Of a DNA stretch of 64,000 bases, positions 39,721 through 51,650 are shown piece by piece. The notes beneath the pieces were generated by a model that did not search any database, was not told the DNA's origin, and saw only the letters and a program-made list of their open reading frames with translations. The stretch covers positions 109,120,001-109,184,000 of the forward strand of contig NC_042997.1 of the NCBI RefSeq assembly GCF_006345805.1, given 5' to 3'. Source of the stretch: Octopus sinensis (lineage: Eukaryota). The first letter of the stretch is position 1, and every line of letters starts with the position of its first letter. The position numbers were made by a program, and so were the translations under genes.

Positions 39721-40598
39721 ATGTTGGAAGCAGCGTCACACTGTTGCAGCGCATGCCACCACACTACAGTTACTACATTTCAACACTCCTCTTCTGAGAA
39801 TAAATCCTGTGGCTAAACCAGATATTTTCTTTCTTTTTGTAGCTGCAATGAATAATTACAGTGCAGCAATGTGTGACAAGGCTATGGTTTAGAATCCCAT
39901 GATGCATCCGACTAGCACTCTTCAGTACAGTTTCCACCAAAACAGCTTCACTCACTATGATTAGGTTGACCAAACTAACTTATTATTTCCCCCAGCCACG
40001 AATTTCTAAAGTTACCTGTTCCACAAGTTGCCCTCAGCTACATTTTAAATCTAGCAGAACAGACACAAATATAAGCGTGTTTTTCAGCTGTCTGAGATTG
40101 CTTTAATTAAGCTCATATGCAATTAGTTGTATTAATTCAAAAGTGTGCAAGGATTTCCTAACGTATTTTACTTATCCCAGGACAGGGATTTTTTGTTTCC
40201 TCTAACAGCTTATTCAACTTGAGTGATTGAACACGCCATTAGGCAAAACTTCACGCTCCAGTCAACACGAAATGTCTAATATATTCCAGATGCTTTAAAT
40301 CTTTGAATCAAATATTCATCGAGATTGACAATACTCTTCATTTTGCAATCAGTAATAATAAAACATCTTTGCAAGCAAAGCCAATTTTATTTTCCTCAAC
40401 AGCTTGTCTGAGTATATTTTATTGGATTCGGAGTATGAAATGTGAAATTATTTCTGAGTCAATATGAAAAAAAACCCCTAAAAGTAGATGAGTGTTGCCC
40501 ATTGTACGTGGGGCAAATAACATTGTGGTAGATAAGTATAATGTTAATGATTTATAACAATGAAGCGGGGATTGATGATGCTCAAGCATTTTTAAGAA

Positions 40599-40942
40599 CG
40601 ATAGTTAAACAATTGCAGCGTGGAAGGTGTTTATAAGCCATTTAAGAAACATACAAAACAGTTAGATTCACTTCAACATTTAAATTTAATTTGTCAAAAT
40701 ATTTTCGTCGCTTTGAGGCCGCGACCTGTTCACTGACAAAACTCCGTGATGCATCACGGAGTTTTGTCAAAGCGACGAAAATATTTTGACAAATTAAATT
40801 TAAATGTTGAAGTGAATCTAACGGTTTTTGTGTGTTTCTTAAATGGCTTATAAACACCTTCCACGCGGCAATTGTTTTCGTTCCAGCACACGATCTCAGA
40901 TCAGGTCACTTGCTATGCGAGTACATCTCCGATAGTTAAACA
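40599..40942 (+). mobile_element. Fold-back retro-insertion with 13-bp TSD and a hammerhead in the inverted arm
   Basis: TSD cgatagttaaaca at 40599-40611 and 40930-40942. 40607-40713 is the reverse complement of 40770-40877. The centre holds a perfect 36-bp palindrome, tgacaaaactccgtgatgcatcacggagttttgtca. Confidence 0.85.
40690..40740 (-). ncRNA. Type I hammerhead motif with G3:C8 swapped core
   Basis: Minus strand reads TTTGTCA-GTGAACA-G-GTCGC-ggcctcaaa-GCGAC-GAA-AATATT-T-TGACAAA. Stem I is 7 bp and stem II is 5 bp, both perfect; stem III is palindromic. Confidence 0.75.
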
Positions 40943-41618
40943 GTTCCAACTAGAAATCGAAATTCGGTTCTCTAAGACGTTACAGTTGCCCCAATACATA
41001 CATCATTAGATATCAGCGTATGGAACAATGAACACATTGTGATGACACACACATCTCAGCCAATACCGTCTCAAGAAACACATTAATCAACGAAATAATA
41101 CAATGATCCTACGGCTCAGAATTACATGCTCAGAATATTGATTCTCCTTCGCTAACATCTCCAATACGATAAATATATGTATTTTCATTTCTTCACTAAG
41201 ACAACATCTATTTTCTTTTTTTATATATATTTTTGCACGAGACAGCGTATGAAATTGCTAGCTCATAGATCTCCGAATCGATATTAGGCTAAAATATTTG
41301 AAATAAAGCGTTTATACGGAGAATCAACTGGACATGGTTTGTAAGAATGAGAGCCTTTAAGAAGCGGTTTCAGGCACAGTATGGCATTAAGTATTTAACC
41401 TCTTTCTGTACCACTTTTCTTTTAAATTCTATACCGTCACTTCATTAATAGTTTATTCCATTCGTCTATGATATAACACGATCAATATTAATCGAAACTT
41501 TACCACTATACAGTAAAGAGACTCTCCTATTCAAAGTATTATTCGTTCTCTTTATTTGCAGTATATTTCTCTGATATCTGTTTGTAATCATTATATGAAG
41601 TTATGTATGTATATCATA

Positions 41619-41675
<57 letters not shown>

Positions 41676-41679
<4 letters not shown>

Positions 41680-41735
41680 GAAATTTGCAGAAAAACAAAA
41701 GACGAAGACAGGTCTATAAACACCAAACAAGCGGG
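41676..41735 (-). repeat. Short remnant of the same family as 3035-3100, next to (TA)n
   Basis: agttg...caaaagacgaagac...taaaca is shared with 3034-3090. Confidence 0.5.
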
Positions 41736-41972
41736 TCTCATTGATGATGCGTACGGAAATACGTGAAATTAGATGTCTAGTCTGAGAGATTCTCGATCCG
41801 GTCATGGGGCGGCTTCTCCCTCTCTCTCAGCGTATGTGTAAAATATTTGCCCTCTTCCTACATTACCGGGAATAATTTACTCCTATTTCAAGCAACGTAC
41901 GTGCCTCGGCACCCTTAGTCACACTTATTGACGATTGAATTTTTCCTTTATGGTATTATGTTGCGCCTATTA

Positions 41973-42009
<37 letters not shown>

Positions 42010-42075
42010 ATATATATATAGATAGATATATATATATATATATGTATGTATATACATACATACACACACATACAT

Positions 42076-42159
<84 letters not shown>

Positions 42160-42262
42160 AAAACAAGACCAAAGCAGGGCGAGTATCTCAGGTCATTTAG
42201 AATATTTTATTAGAGTAATTAAAGTAAAGTGAATCAAAAGCTGAAAAGTAGAAGTAATTAAT

Positions 42263-42338
42263 GTCTTACAGCTGTTTCTGGGATATCTCAGGTAATAGGG
42301 CAACACCCCCATACACTGGCTACTCCGTCTTCAGAGAC
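42263..42338 (-). ncRNA. Type I hammerhead motif
   Basis: Minus strand reads gtct-CTGAAGA-(long stem II)-GAA-ACAGCTGT-A-agac. Stem I GTCT/AGAC is perfect and the site is GUA. Confidence 0.7.
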
Positions 42339-42427
42339 GAGGTGTGTATGCAGGAACTCATACACCCAGGGAATTCACAGAATATCGAAGAATAAGACAG
42401 TCAGGAACTTTACTGCATACACACCTT

Positions 42428-42503
42428 GGCTCTGAAGACGGAATACCGAGTGCATAGGGGTGCTGGCCCATTACTCGGGATATCCCAGAAACAGCTGTAA
42501 GAC
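42428..42503 (+). ncRNA. Type I hammerhead motif
   Basis: ggct-CTGAAGA-cggaata-CCGAGT...ACTCGG-gatatccca-GAA-ACAGCTGT-A-agac. Confidence 0.7.
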
Positions 42504-42724
42504 ATTCATTACTTTTACTTCATTTTTTATTCACTTTACTTTAATTAAATATTCTAAATGACTTGAAATGCTTGTTCTGCCTTGATTGTGTTTTCCTATT
42601 ACGGATCCCTAACTGCAGCCTCAGCTGTAGGCTTGGTAACTAAGGGATGACCAATTATAGCACTTACTCAGCGCACCTATTCGTTTAGATCACCAGTGAA
42701 TTAAACCTCTCATATTCTTTCTCT

Positions 42725-42792
<68 letters not shown>

Positions 42793-43074
42793 TTCATTTA
42801 TTCATTTATTTACCCTTCCATCTTTTGCAACTACTTTCTTGTTTTTTTTCTCGCGAGATTTCTCTTGTAATAGCGTCCTGGTTTGAAAATTGAACAGGCC
42901 ATGTGCTCAGAGCCTCCAGATTGCTAGGAGATACAAGGCGTGTGATAAAAGCTTGCCTAGAGCTGCATCTCCAAGCAAGGAAAATATTTGTAGCTCGTTT
43001 CTTTGTTCTGTGTACATTAAATGATATATATATCATTAAAAAAATCTTAGGAAAGTTTCTTCTGCTGTGATCGC

Positions 43075-43415
43075 GACCCAACCAAAGTCTCATTAGAAGA
43101 TTTTGTAGGCGGAAACTGAAAGAAGACTATCGCATAGTTGTATGGGTATGTGTGTGTTCTCGTGTGTATGTGCATGGAATGGGTGTGTGTGTGTGCATGT
43201 GTGAGAGTATGTGTGTGTTTGTGTCTGCGTTTGTCCCCTGCCACCGTTTGACAACTGATTTACGGCCTCGAAACTTAGCAGTTCGGCAAGAGAGGCCTAT
43301 AGAACAAGTACCATGCTGAAAACATAGATCAGGGTCGATTCGTACAACTAAGATAGTTGAAGGCGGTGCTCCAGCATGACCGCAATCTAATGATTGAAAC
43401 AAGTAAAAGATAAAA
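43075..43415 (+). mobile_element. 5'-truncated tRNA-SINE family B
   Basis: ggcggaaactgaaagaag body and gcggtgctccagcatgaccgcaatctaatgattgaaac tail. Confidence 0.7.
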
Positions 43416-44800
43416 GATTAGAAATAGAAACTGAACGAACTTTCATTCCAGCACGCTCGCGCATGCGCCCGCTCACTCGCACGTGTGTGTGTTGCGAGGC
43501 ACCTAACAAGACGGGAAATATTCATAATAAATCCAATTAATGGTCCATGTTTCTACACTGCAAGAATTTTCATTTAGAGACAGATGTGAATTATCTGCAG
43601 ATATGTCGCCTGTCCAATATGTAGACATTTAAAAATATACATGATCTGCGCTTTTATATTAGATTCGTATCTTATCAATTTCGAAACCTCCAGGGATAAA
43701 ACTCAAAGCTAGTGACTTGTCTGTCAATGCACAACATATTTCTTGACGTTTTAAGAACATTAGTTATGTAAAACAACTTGCATGAAATCGTCTTCAGGAT
43801 GTTACTTTCCCACGAGATAAAATGCCAATTCCTGAACAAGCAACAACCAAATTTAACCCCTTGTATAAACGAATGGCTCGACATACATTTATCTCGAATG
43901 TAAGAAAAAAAACAACAAAAAACAAACATACTGAGTCAGACAAAAATATTTAACCCAATGCTATCAATTATCTTCAAACAGAAAATTAATGAAAACAAAA
44001 ATACGTAATAAACTAAGTGCTTGTCTGTGCAAGTCAGCCGTCTGTGTAAAATTTAATGCTAAAAATATAGAAGTTAAAAGAAGTTGCTGATGAGCGACTT
44101 CTGCCGAGCTTGCAGTTTTACTGTCTTTAATATTGTTTTATTATCGATCGTTATTGGTTGATTATGTTATATTCCAACAGTTCTTGGAACTGGAATTGAT
44201 TTCTTAGAAAAGAAAAAATACAAACAAAGAAAATCAATTTTAAGAATGATGCAATCTTTAAAAAAATACTTTGCTTGAAACTTTATAAGAAAAGTGAAAC
44301 GTTGTGAAAACGTGATAGAAACAAAAATATCAACTTCAATGGATACAATGTAAATACACCGTTGAAAGGAACGATACTGTTGTTGTCTGAGATAGATTGC
44401 CTTTTTAGGTATGCTGTGTTATAAACAAGCAACGTATATCGAAGATTAAGACGAACATCGTCTATACAATGACCCACAAGAACACCAGACGTATTTCGGC
44501 GTCTTTGAGATTCATCAATGTCGTATAATCGAAATAAGTCAGTTTCGATTTTTGTGAAGTGCTGAATGTCTTCATAGAGACGCAATACGCAGTTGAAACG
44601 TCATAGAATTAAAATCGAATCGACATCTACGTATCTTAAGAGGGCTCTAGCTATGACAATAGTCACACACACTCTCTCTCTCCCCCCTCTCTCTCTCTCT
44701 ATCTATCTAACTAACTGTCCATTTGTCATATTATATTTCTATCTACCATTATCTATTTTTCTCTCTCCCTCCCTCCCTCCCTCCCTCAACCACTCTGTCT

Positions 44801-44829
<29 letters not shown>

Positions 44830-44835
<6 letters not shown>

Positions 44836-44990
44836 CTTTGGCCAAAAGTATTAGGCCACCCCAATGTTTTGGGGTTCTGCTATCTCAATGTTAATGAAAC
44901 TCGTGCGCATGGTAGATTATGGTATATTTCACAATATACATTAGTTTTAATATTTGCTTGACCCTCTTTTAGCATCAATTACCGCTTTTA
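44830..44990. mobile_element. Possible Tc1-like terminal remnant
   Basis: TA followed by cagctttggccaaaagtattaggccaccc, which resembles Tc1 TIR starts. No partner end was found. Confidence 0.4.
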
Positions 44991-45707
44991 TACTGTACTG
45001 TACTGTACATATGCAACCAATTATGAGTAAGACCAACGTCCAAAATTAACTTAGTTTTCCTTGATTATTTCAGAGTTTTATGCTAAAATATGTTGTAGAT
45101 AATAAACAGTAAAATACCTAAAACAGGGGAGCGTGAGTGAGGCCAAATCGAAGCTCATCATGAAGATGAAATGTTTCAAAGGCAAATTGCTTAGAAGATG
45201 GAGAGACGAAAGATGTGAAGACAATACAAAGAACAGGTAGAATGAAGGTTGTATCATCTACCGTAAACAACTCCATAAACACATGCGATTGAAAGCGGGC
45301 TAGTGAAAAGAATTTTAAAAAGACTCCACATTAATTGCGAATTAGCTAATTTCAGGATTAAAATCTTAAATAAATTTTTTCCCATCGTCAGCGCAATACA
45401 TGTAAAAATATACAAACAAGTATTAGTACATAACCATAACAAAGCGAGTTTGCACGTCTACAGAAACACTTGCAAGAATAGATTTATTTATATTTTGTGA
45501 TTGGTCTTTGTGGCGCTTCGATCCTCATTATGTCTTGGTTTTTGTAGGAGGACCACAATGGGCAACAGTATTCGAGGTGGGGCCTAGCGAATGTGGAGAA
45601 GAGAAGGATAAAGTTTTCATGATCCCTGAACTCATTCTGCGGGCAACATCGACTTTTTTGTTGATGTGCGCACTCGAATTACACACACACACACACGTAA
45701 ACACACA

Positions 45708-45805
<98 letters not shown>

Positions 45806-46096
45806 GAGACCAAAGTGTACGTGCACCGCTATATAAAAATACAAAATGGGGCAAGAACGCAAAACATTCAGATAGACAATACAAAGGAAACAGGGATGGA
45901 TTATTCGGAGTTTTCTTTCCTCAGTCGATTTCCAGATTATCTTTGCAATTTCGGCTGGTTATGCTTGAGATTGCTCCAATCAAGCCAGCACCAAAGAAAA
46001 ACTAAGCTAAGAGCATTAGATTCTTTGAAAGAAAGCAGCAACTGTATATAAAAACAAGGACGGTAAATACGGAGAATGTTACACAAATACACATAA

Positions 46097-46865
46097 CAGG
46101 ACATAACAACAGGTGTCTTTCGACTAAGAACGAATTAAATTAAGCTGACGTGTGTAGAAGTAAAGCCTTACGGCAGGGATGCCGAACTTCACGGGCACAG
46201 GAAGGAATACAGATATTGCACGGTCGACGGTCGAACCATGAAAGAAAGGTCAGGCTTCGCCGAACACCGGTCACGTGGGGAGAGAAGAGAGAGAGGTAGA
46301 AGCAGGGGGACCATCTGCGGTCTCTAAAGAATTACATCCGCAAATACACACACCAGGACATAACAACAGGTGTCTTTCGACTAAGGACGAATTAAATTAA
46401 GCTGACGTGTGTAGAAGTAAAGTCTTACGGCAGGGATGCCAAACTTCACAGACACAGGAAGGAATACAGATATTGCACGGTCGACGGTCGAACCATGAAA
46501 GAAAAGTCAGGTTTGGCCGAACACCGGTCACGTGGGGAGAGAAGAGAGAGAGGTAGAAGCAGGGGGACCATCTGCGGTCTCTAAAGAATTACATCCGCAA
46601 ATACACACAACAGGACATAACAACAGGTGTCTTTCGACTAAGAACGAATTAAATTAAGCTGACGTGTGTAGAAGTAAAGTCTTACGGCAGGGATGCCAAA
46701 CTTCACAGACACAGGAAGGAATACAGATATTGCACGGTTGACGGTCGAACCATGAAAGAAAAGTCAGCTTTGGCCGAACACCGGTCACGTGGGGAGAGAA
46801 GAGAGAGAGAGGTAGAAGCAGGGGGACCATCTGCGGTCTCTAAAGAATTACATCTACAAATACAC
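46097..46865. repeat. Tandem array of three 257-bp units
   Basis: Unit starts caggacataacaacagg at 46097, 46354 and 46611, with few substitutions. Confidence 0.95.
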
Positions 46866-47559
46866 ACACACACACACACACAAATGGAGATACACATACA
46901 GACACACACATACGCACATACTTCTATGCGTATATGTGTTTGCATAATGGCGTTTGCTTGTGTTCGCATATGCACGTTTTTCTTCTCTTGACTTTCGTAT
47001 CCGTTATCACGTTGTGTTGATAATTCGCTGATAATTTCTGATGGACCTGCTAGACATGCTTTTTGCACTTTATCTACTCTCAGATTAGGGTTAAGTTTTT
47101 CAACGATTGTCTTTTTTTTTGGGGGGGGGGTCACAGTTCTTCACATCCCAATAGTAATAGTCAGCATCATAACATTCTTAACTTTAGGCTTTAAGTCGTT
47201 ATCGGACCCAACTCTTTCTTTTCTACTAATTTTGGTGTCAGGTATTCGTAACACATCGATTACAATAGATAATTTCTTATTCTTGTCCCCAGTTATAATA
47301 TCTTCTGTTCTGTCCTTCCTCAAGTTTTTATAGGCAATTCTCACAACAACGTTATTTCCGCGTCTTGAGTGCTTGCAATTCTGTTCATACAAAACGGTAA
47401 TAGTAATTTCTTCTGTGTAGACAAAGCTGAAAATTCCTGAAAAATTTCCACTGCAGGATATCATTGCAGCAATATCGCAATGTCTGGAATTATGTAATCA
47501 TGCTGATGTTAATGTTGACATTTCGATACAATGTAAGCTATGGTCTCACTTTCTTATTC

Positions 47560-47860
47560 GGTCAAGCCCTCATCGACTTTTTCAACAAGGGTGGAGAAGA
47601 AAATACCGTTCCCCAATGAATTCGCGAAAAAGTTAATGAATGAGGACAAAAATAGTTAGGTTCATGGAACTACTCCAAGCATACGCTTGTAGACTGGAAA
47701 AGTGTTGTGCGACGAATTGTGCCCCTAATGGTCAGGATGATCCGGAATCTGTGAGGTGTTTATGATTGGGCCATAGTCAAAGGTTCTCCTGTTCCAGGAT
47801 GACTGCATCATCCATATTCACAGATTTATATACTGTGTATACTTTTAGCTCATCTTCCCT
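47560..47860 (+). mobile_element. Possible decayed Tc1-like transposase remnant
   Basis: DWKSVV and LLFQDDCIIH in different frames resemble the DWxxVxFSDE and FQxDNAxxH motifs. Confidence 0.3.
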
Positions 47861-48199
47861 TTATCTAGACACCACATAAATTTCAATCTTTCTTTCTAAT
47901 GTCCCCCACCCTCGTCATCTGCACCTTTTAAACACCATGGAAACTACCCACATCATTATTATTATTTTAAAACATTTTTTTGCCGATAGTTAACATTATG
48001 CAGAGAAGATTAGAATAATCGTCGACATGTTACTTTTTTCTATATTTTATGAAATTACTCTCGTCTCTTTAACAATGGTATTTGTCGTTTTTCTTGTCGG
48101 CCATGTTGATGGCGGCGCCGATTCAATATTTCTTGACAGCTAAATTTTGGTCTGGTCAAAGGAATTATATTTGAGATTTATGAAACTTCTTGACTGAAA

Positions 48200-48290
<91 letters not shown>

Positions 48291-48342
48291 GCCTACATAC
48301 ATAGGCACACACACACACATATATATATATGTATATATATAA

Positions 48343-48378
<36 letters not shown>

Positions 48379-48383
<5 letters not shown>

Positions 48384-50068
48384 GACATACATTCATACAT
48401 ACATGCATATATATGTACAGAGATATACATATATACATATCAAAAAGCGCTCGAGAAAAAATTGAAGGAGAGCAACGATAAAATTGACTTGGCGTTATTA
48501 TTAAAAAGGAAAATATTGAAACGATGATATATTTATGTACTGAAAAAAGAAAAAAGGCCAGGAGCACTTTTAAGAGATTTGGACTTGCGCGCGCGCACAC
48601 ACATACACACACACATGTACTCGCTCAAGCATACTCACTCACTCACACACTCACACACTCGCTCACTCACACACACACACGCACAATGTAAACTTGCCAG
48701 TCGTAAATGAGATTTCGTTTTTTTACGTATTTTTATGTTTTTTCGTTCTTCAAATAATCATGGCATTTTAATGACATTTCTGTTAAATAAACAGAGAAAA
48801 GTAGAATAAATAATTTTGTATTTATGATGACTAAATTTAGATGGCAAGAGAAGTTATAGTAAGTAAATAAATCTCTTAGATTTCTTTAATGTGGACCGTT
48901 TGAGTGATTGCTTGCGATGCGTTGTTATAGAAGCAATTGTCGAGACGAGACAGATGCCATGATAAATGAACAAAATGGAGTCAACGAGAAGCCATCTATA
49001 AGGTAGCATTACTGGCAGACATAGCAGTGAAATTAACTCGAATCTTCTCATATCATCATAATGAAAGGAAGACAGCCATGTAGTCGAAGATGGGATACAC
49101 TTCAAAGAAAATTGCCCCTTGTATTTGAATACTATGAAAATATTCTTTTAAAAAACTTTTACTTTAATTTTTCCAAAATTTAATTGTTTACCATACTTAC
49201 AGTTGAAAAATTATATATATATATATATATATATACATAGACATACATTCATACATACATGCATATATATGTACAGAGATATACATATATACATATCAAA
49301 AAGCGCTCGAGAAAAAATTGAAGGAGAGCAACGATAAAATTGACTTGGCGTTATTATTAAAAAGGAAAATATTGAAACGATGATATATTTATGTACTGAA
49401 AAAAGAAAAAAGGCCAGGAGCACTTTTAAGAGATTTGGACTTGCGCGCGCGCACACACATACACACACACATGTACTCGCTCAAGCATACTCACTCACTC
49501 ACACACTCACACACTCGCTCACTCACACACACACACGCACAATGTAAACTTGCCAGTCGTAAATGAGATTTCGTTTTTTTACGTATTTTTATGTTTTTTC
49601 GTTCTTCAAATAATCATGGCATTTTAATGACATTTCTGTTAAATAAACAGAGAAAAGTAGAATAAATAATTTTGTATTTATGATGACTAAATTTAGATGG
49701 CAAGAGAAGTTGTAGTAAGTAAATAAATCTCTTAGATTTCTTTAATGTGGACCGTTTGAGTGATTGCTTGCGATGCGTTGTTATAGAAGCAATTGTCGAG
49801 ACGAGACAGATGCCATGATAAATGAACAAAATGGAGTCAACGAGAAGCCATCTATAAGGTAGCATTACTGGCAGACATAGCAGTGAAATTAACTCGAATC
49901 TTCTCATATCATCATAATGAAAGGAAGACAGCCATGTAGTCGAAGATGGGATACACTTCAAAGAAAATTGCCCCTTGTATTTGAATACTATGAAAATATT
50001 CTTTTAAAAAACTTTTACTTTAATTTTTCCAAAATTTAATTGTTTACCATACTTACAGTTGAAAAATT
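48379..50068. repeat. 856-bp near-perfect tandem duplication bounded by (TA)n
   Basis: Offset of 856 checked at several anchors. The one substitution I spotted is gaagttatag versus gaagttgtag. Confidence 0.95.
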
Positions 50069-50108
50069 ATATATATATATATATATATTTCTAATCAAAA
50101 TAAGCAAA

Positions 50109-50198
50109 AAGGAGATACACAAAGAACGTGCTCTCTCACTCCAGTTTAGAAGTTACTTCTTACTGGAGTGAGGAAGCATGTTCTTTGTCTATCTCCTT
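50109..50198. other. 90-nt near-perfect hairpin
   Basis: aaggagatacacaaagaacgtgctctctcactccagt pairs with actggagtgaggaagcatgttctttgtctatctcctt; the loop also self-pairs (agaagt-t-acttct). Confidence 0.8.
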
Positions 50199-50471
50199 AA
50201 CTTTTAGGTATAATTATACCAATGTATCCATCTGTTCTAATTTAATTAAATTCTATATCTTTGTTCAGCTGAAGATTGCTCTTCATTTTAAATTGATGTG
50301 ATGATTGCATTGTTCAATTAAATGGAGTTGCATGAAACGATCGTACTGCATTGCCTCTGGATATCCTTGTTGCTTATGTTGATTTTAATCACCTTACATT
50401 GAAATCGTATGGATAATACTGTACTAAATTCTGGTGCCTCAACACTTAAGTAGCATATTCATCTGAATCTG

Positions 50472-50505
<34 letters not shown>

Positions 50506-51532
50506 GTGTGTGTGTGTGTGTGTGTGTTGAAAAATATACGCACATATCAAATACGATAATACAAGTTCTTGATTTATTGTAATTATCGCCGCCTTTAGAA
50601 GATGTGTTGCAATTATTAAATGGCAATTTGGACCAGCATTAATGGTAAACAACCTCAAAATTCAGGAAATTATAAAGCTTAAAGGACATAATTATAATCT
50701 GGAGATACGAAGAAAGTGTTGCAAAAGTGTTTCTTCCACAATAGGCGTCATTTGCACATTTCTCCTGCCTTATGTGCAGGAGTCAGGTCAGAGTCATATA
50801 CAACGAGAGTAAAATACATATTGGCAAGTTTCAGTTATCGAACGGGACGACTCCAACCCTCACTCTATTGGACCCATTTTTCAACGCATTTTATCCTTTC
50901 CTCATTGACGTCCTCCTCGGGGCAGAGTTATTTTAGATTTAAACAGTCAATATTAACAAAATTTTTCGATGGTTTTGATTTTTCTGTTTATTTTTCTCTC
51001 GCATTTCTTCACGAAGTAGCCATACAATTTGAGCTTGTGAGCTTGTGAGCCTGTGTACTATGCCAGATCGTGCATGGTACATTATACAAACCTGTTCGAT
51101 TACTGCACTATCCGAACATGAAACTTGAAGGAGCTTACATATAACTGATTTCGTATGGACTGAGTACCATTTTGCTGATCCTTATCAACAGTATACAGGC
51201 ATACATACATACATACATACATACATACATACTACATACATACATACATACATACATACCCACAATATTCAGATTACAAGTTCAGATTTATACCTGTAAT
51301 TATTGAGGCTCTGGGATATGTAACACACCGCCTAAATATCAATGTTGAGAAATTAGGTTTCTCAAAACCAGAAAGGAGAAAGGTAATTCGAGACTACAGA
51401 TCCAATCCATCACTGGAAAATCTGTAAAACTTTCCAGAAGTTTATCATTTAAATATGAGCATGTCTAGATATGCTACTATGTGCATGAGAATACATACAT
51501 AAAACATACAAATCTGAACATACATACATAGA

Positions 51533-51650
51533 AACAAAAATCTCCAGTTGTTGATTTTGAAATTCCAATGAAGGATCCTTGGATCTACGTTAGAAACCTG
51601 CTCTTTCTCTATCGGCAAGAAATCCTGAAATAAAACTGAACAATGACATA
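51533..51650 (+). repeat. Second copy of the microsatellite-flanked 110-bp repeat (see 13503)
   Basis: gaaattccaatgaaggatccttggatctacgttagaaacctgctctttctc. Confidence 0.6.

Larger units (their letters stand above)
42156..42598. mobile_element. Fold-back element with about 190-200-bp arms, each carrying a hammerhead
   Basis: 42156-42353 is the reverse complement of 42413-42598, with substitutions and indels, around a spacer of about 59 nt. Confidence 0.85.

Noticed and set aside
41740-41775. TTGATGA-TGCGTA...TACGT-GAAA hammerhead-like motif
   Set aside because: Stem II forms, but there is no valid stem III or NUH site.
44480-44600. TTGATGA...GAAATACGTC (minus) and a nearby GAAACGTC as hammerheads
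   Set aside because: No convincing stem II or stem I; too degenerate to call.
46097-46865. CRISPR-like array
   Set aside because: The units are whole 257-bp repeats with no unique spacers, the context is eukaryotic, and there are no cas genes.
50690-51200. Unique coding-like segment
   Set aside because: Stops occur in all plausible frames and there are no recognisable motifs.
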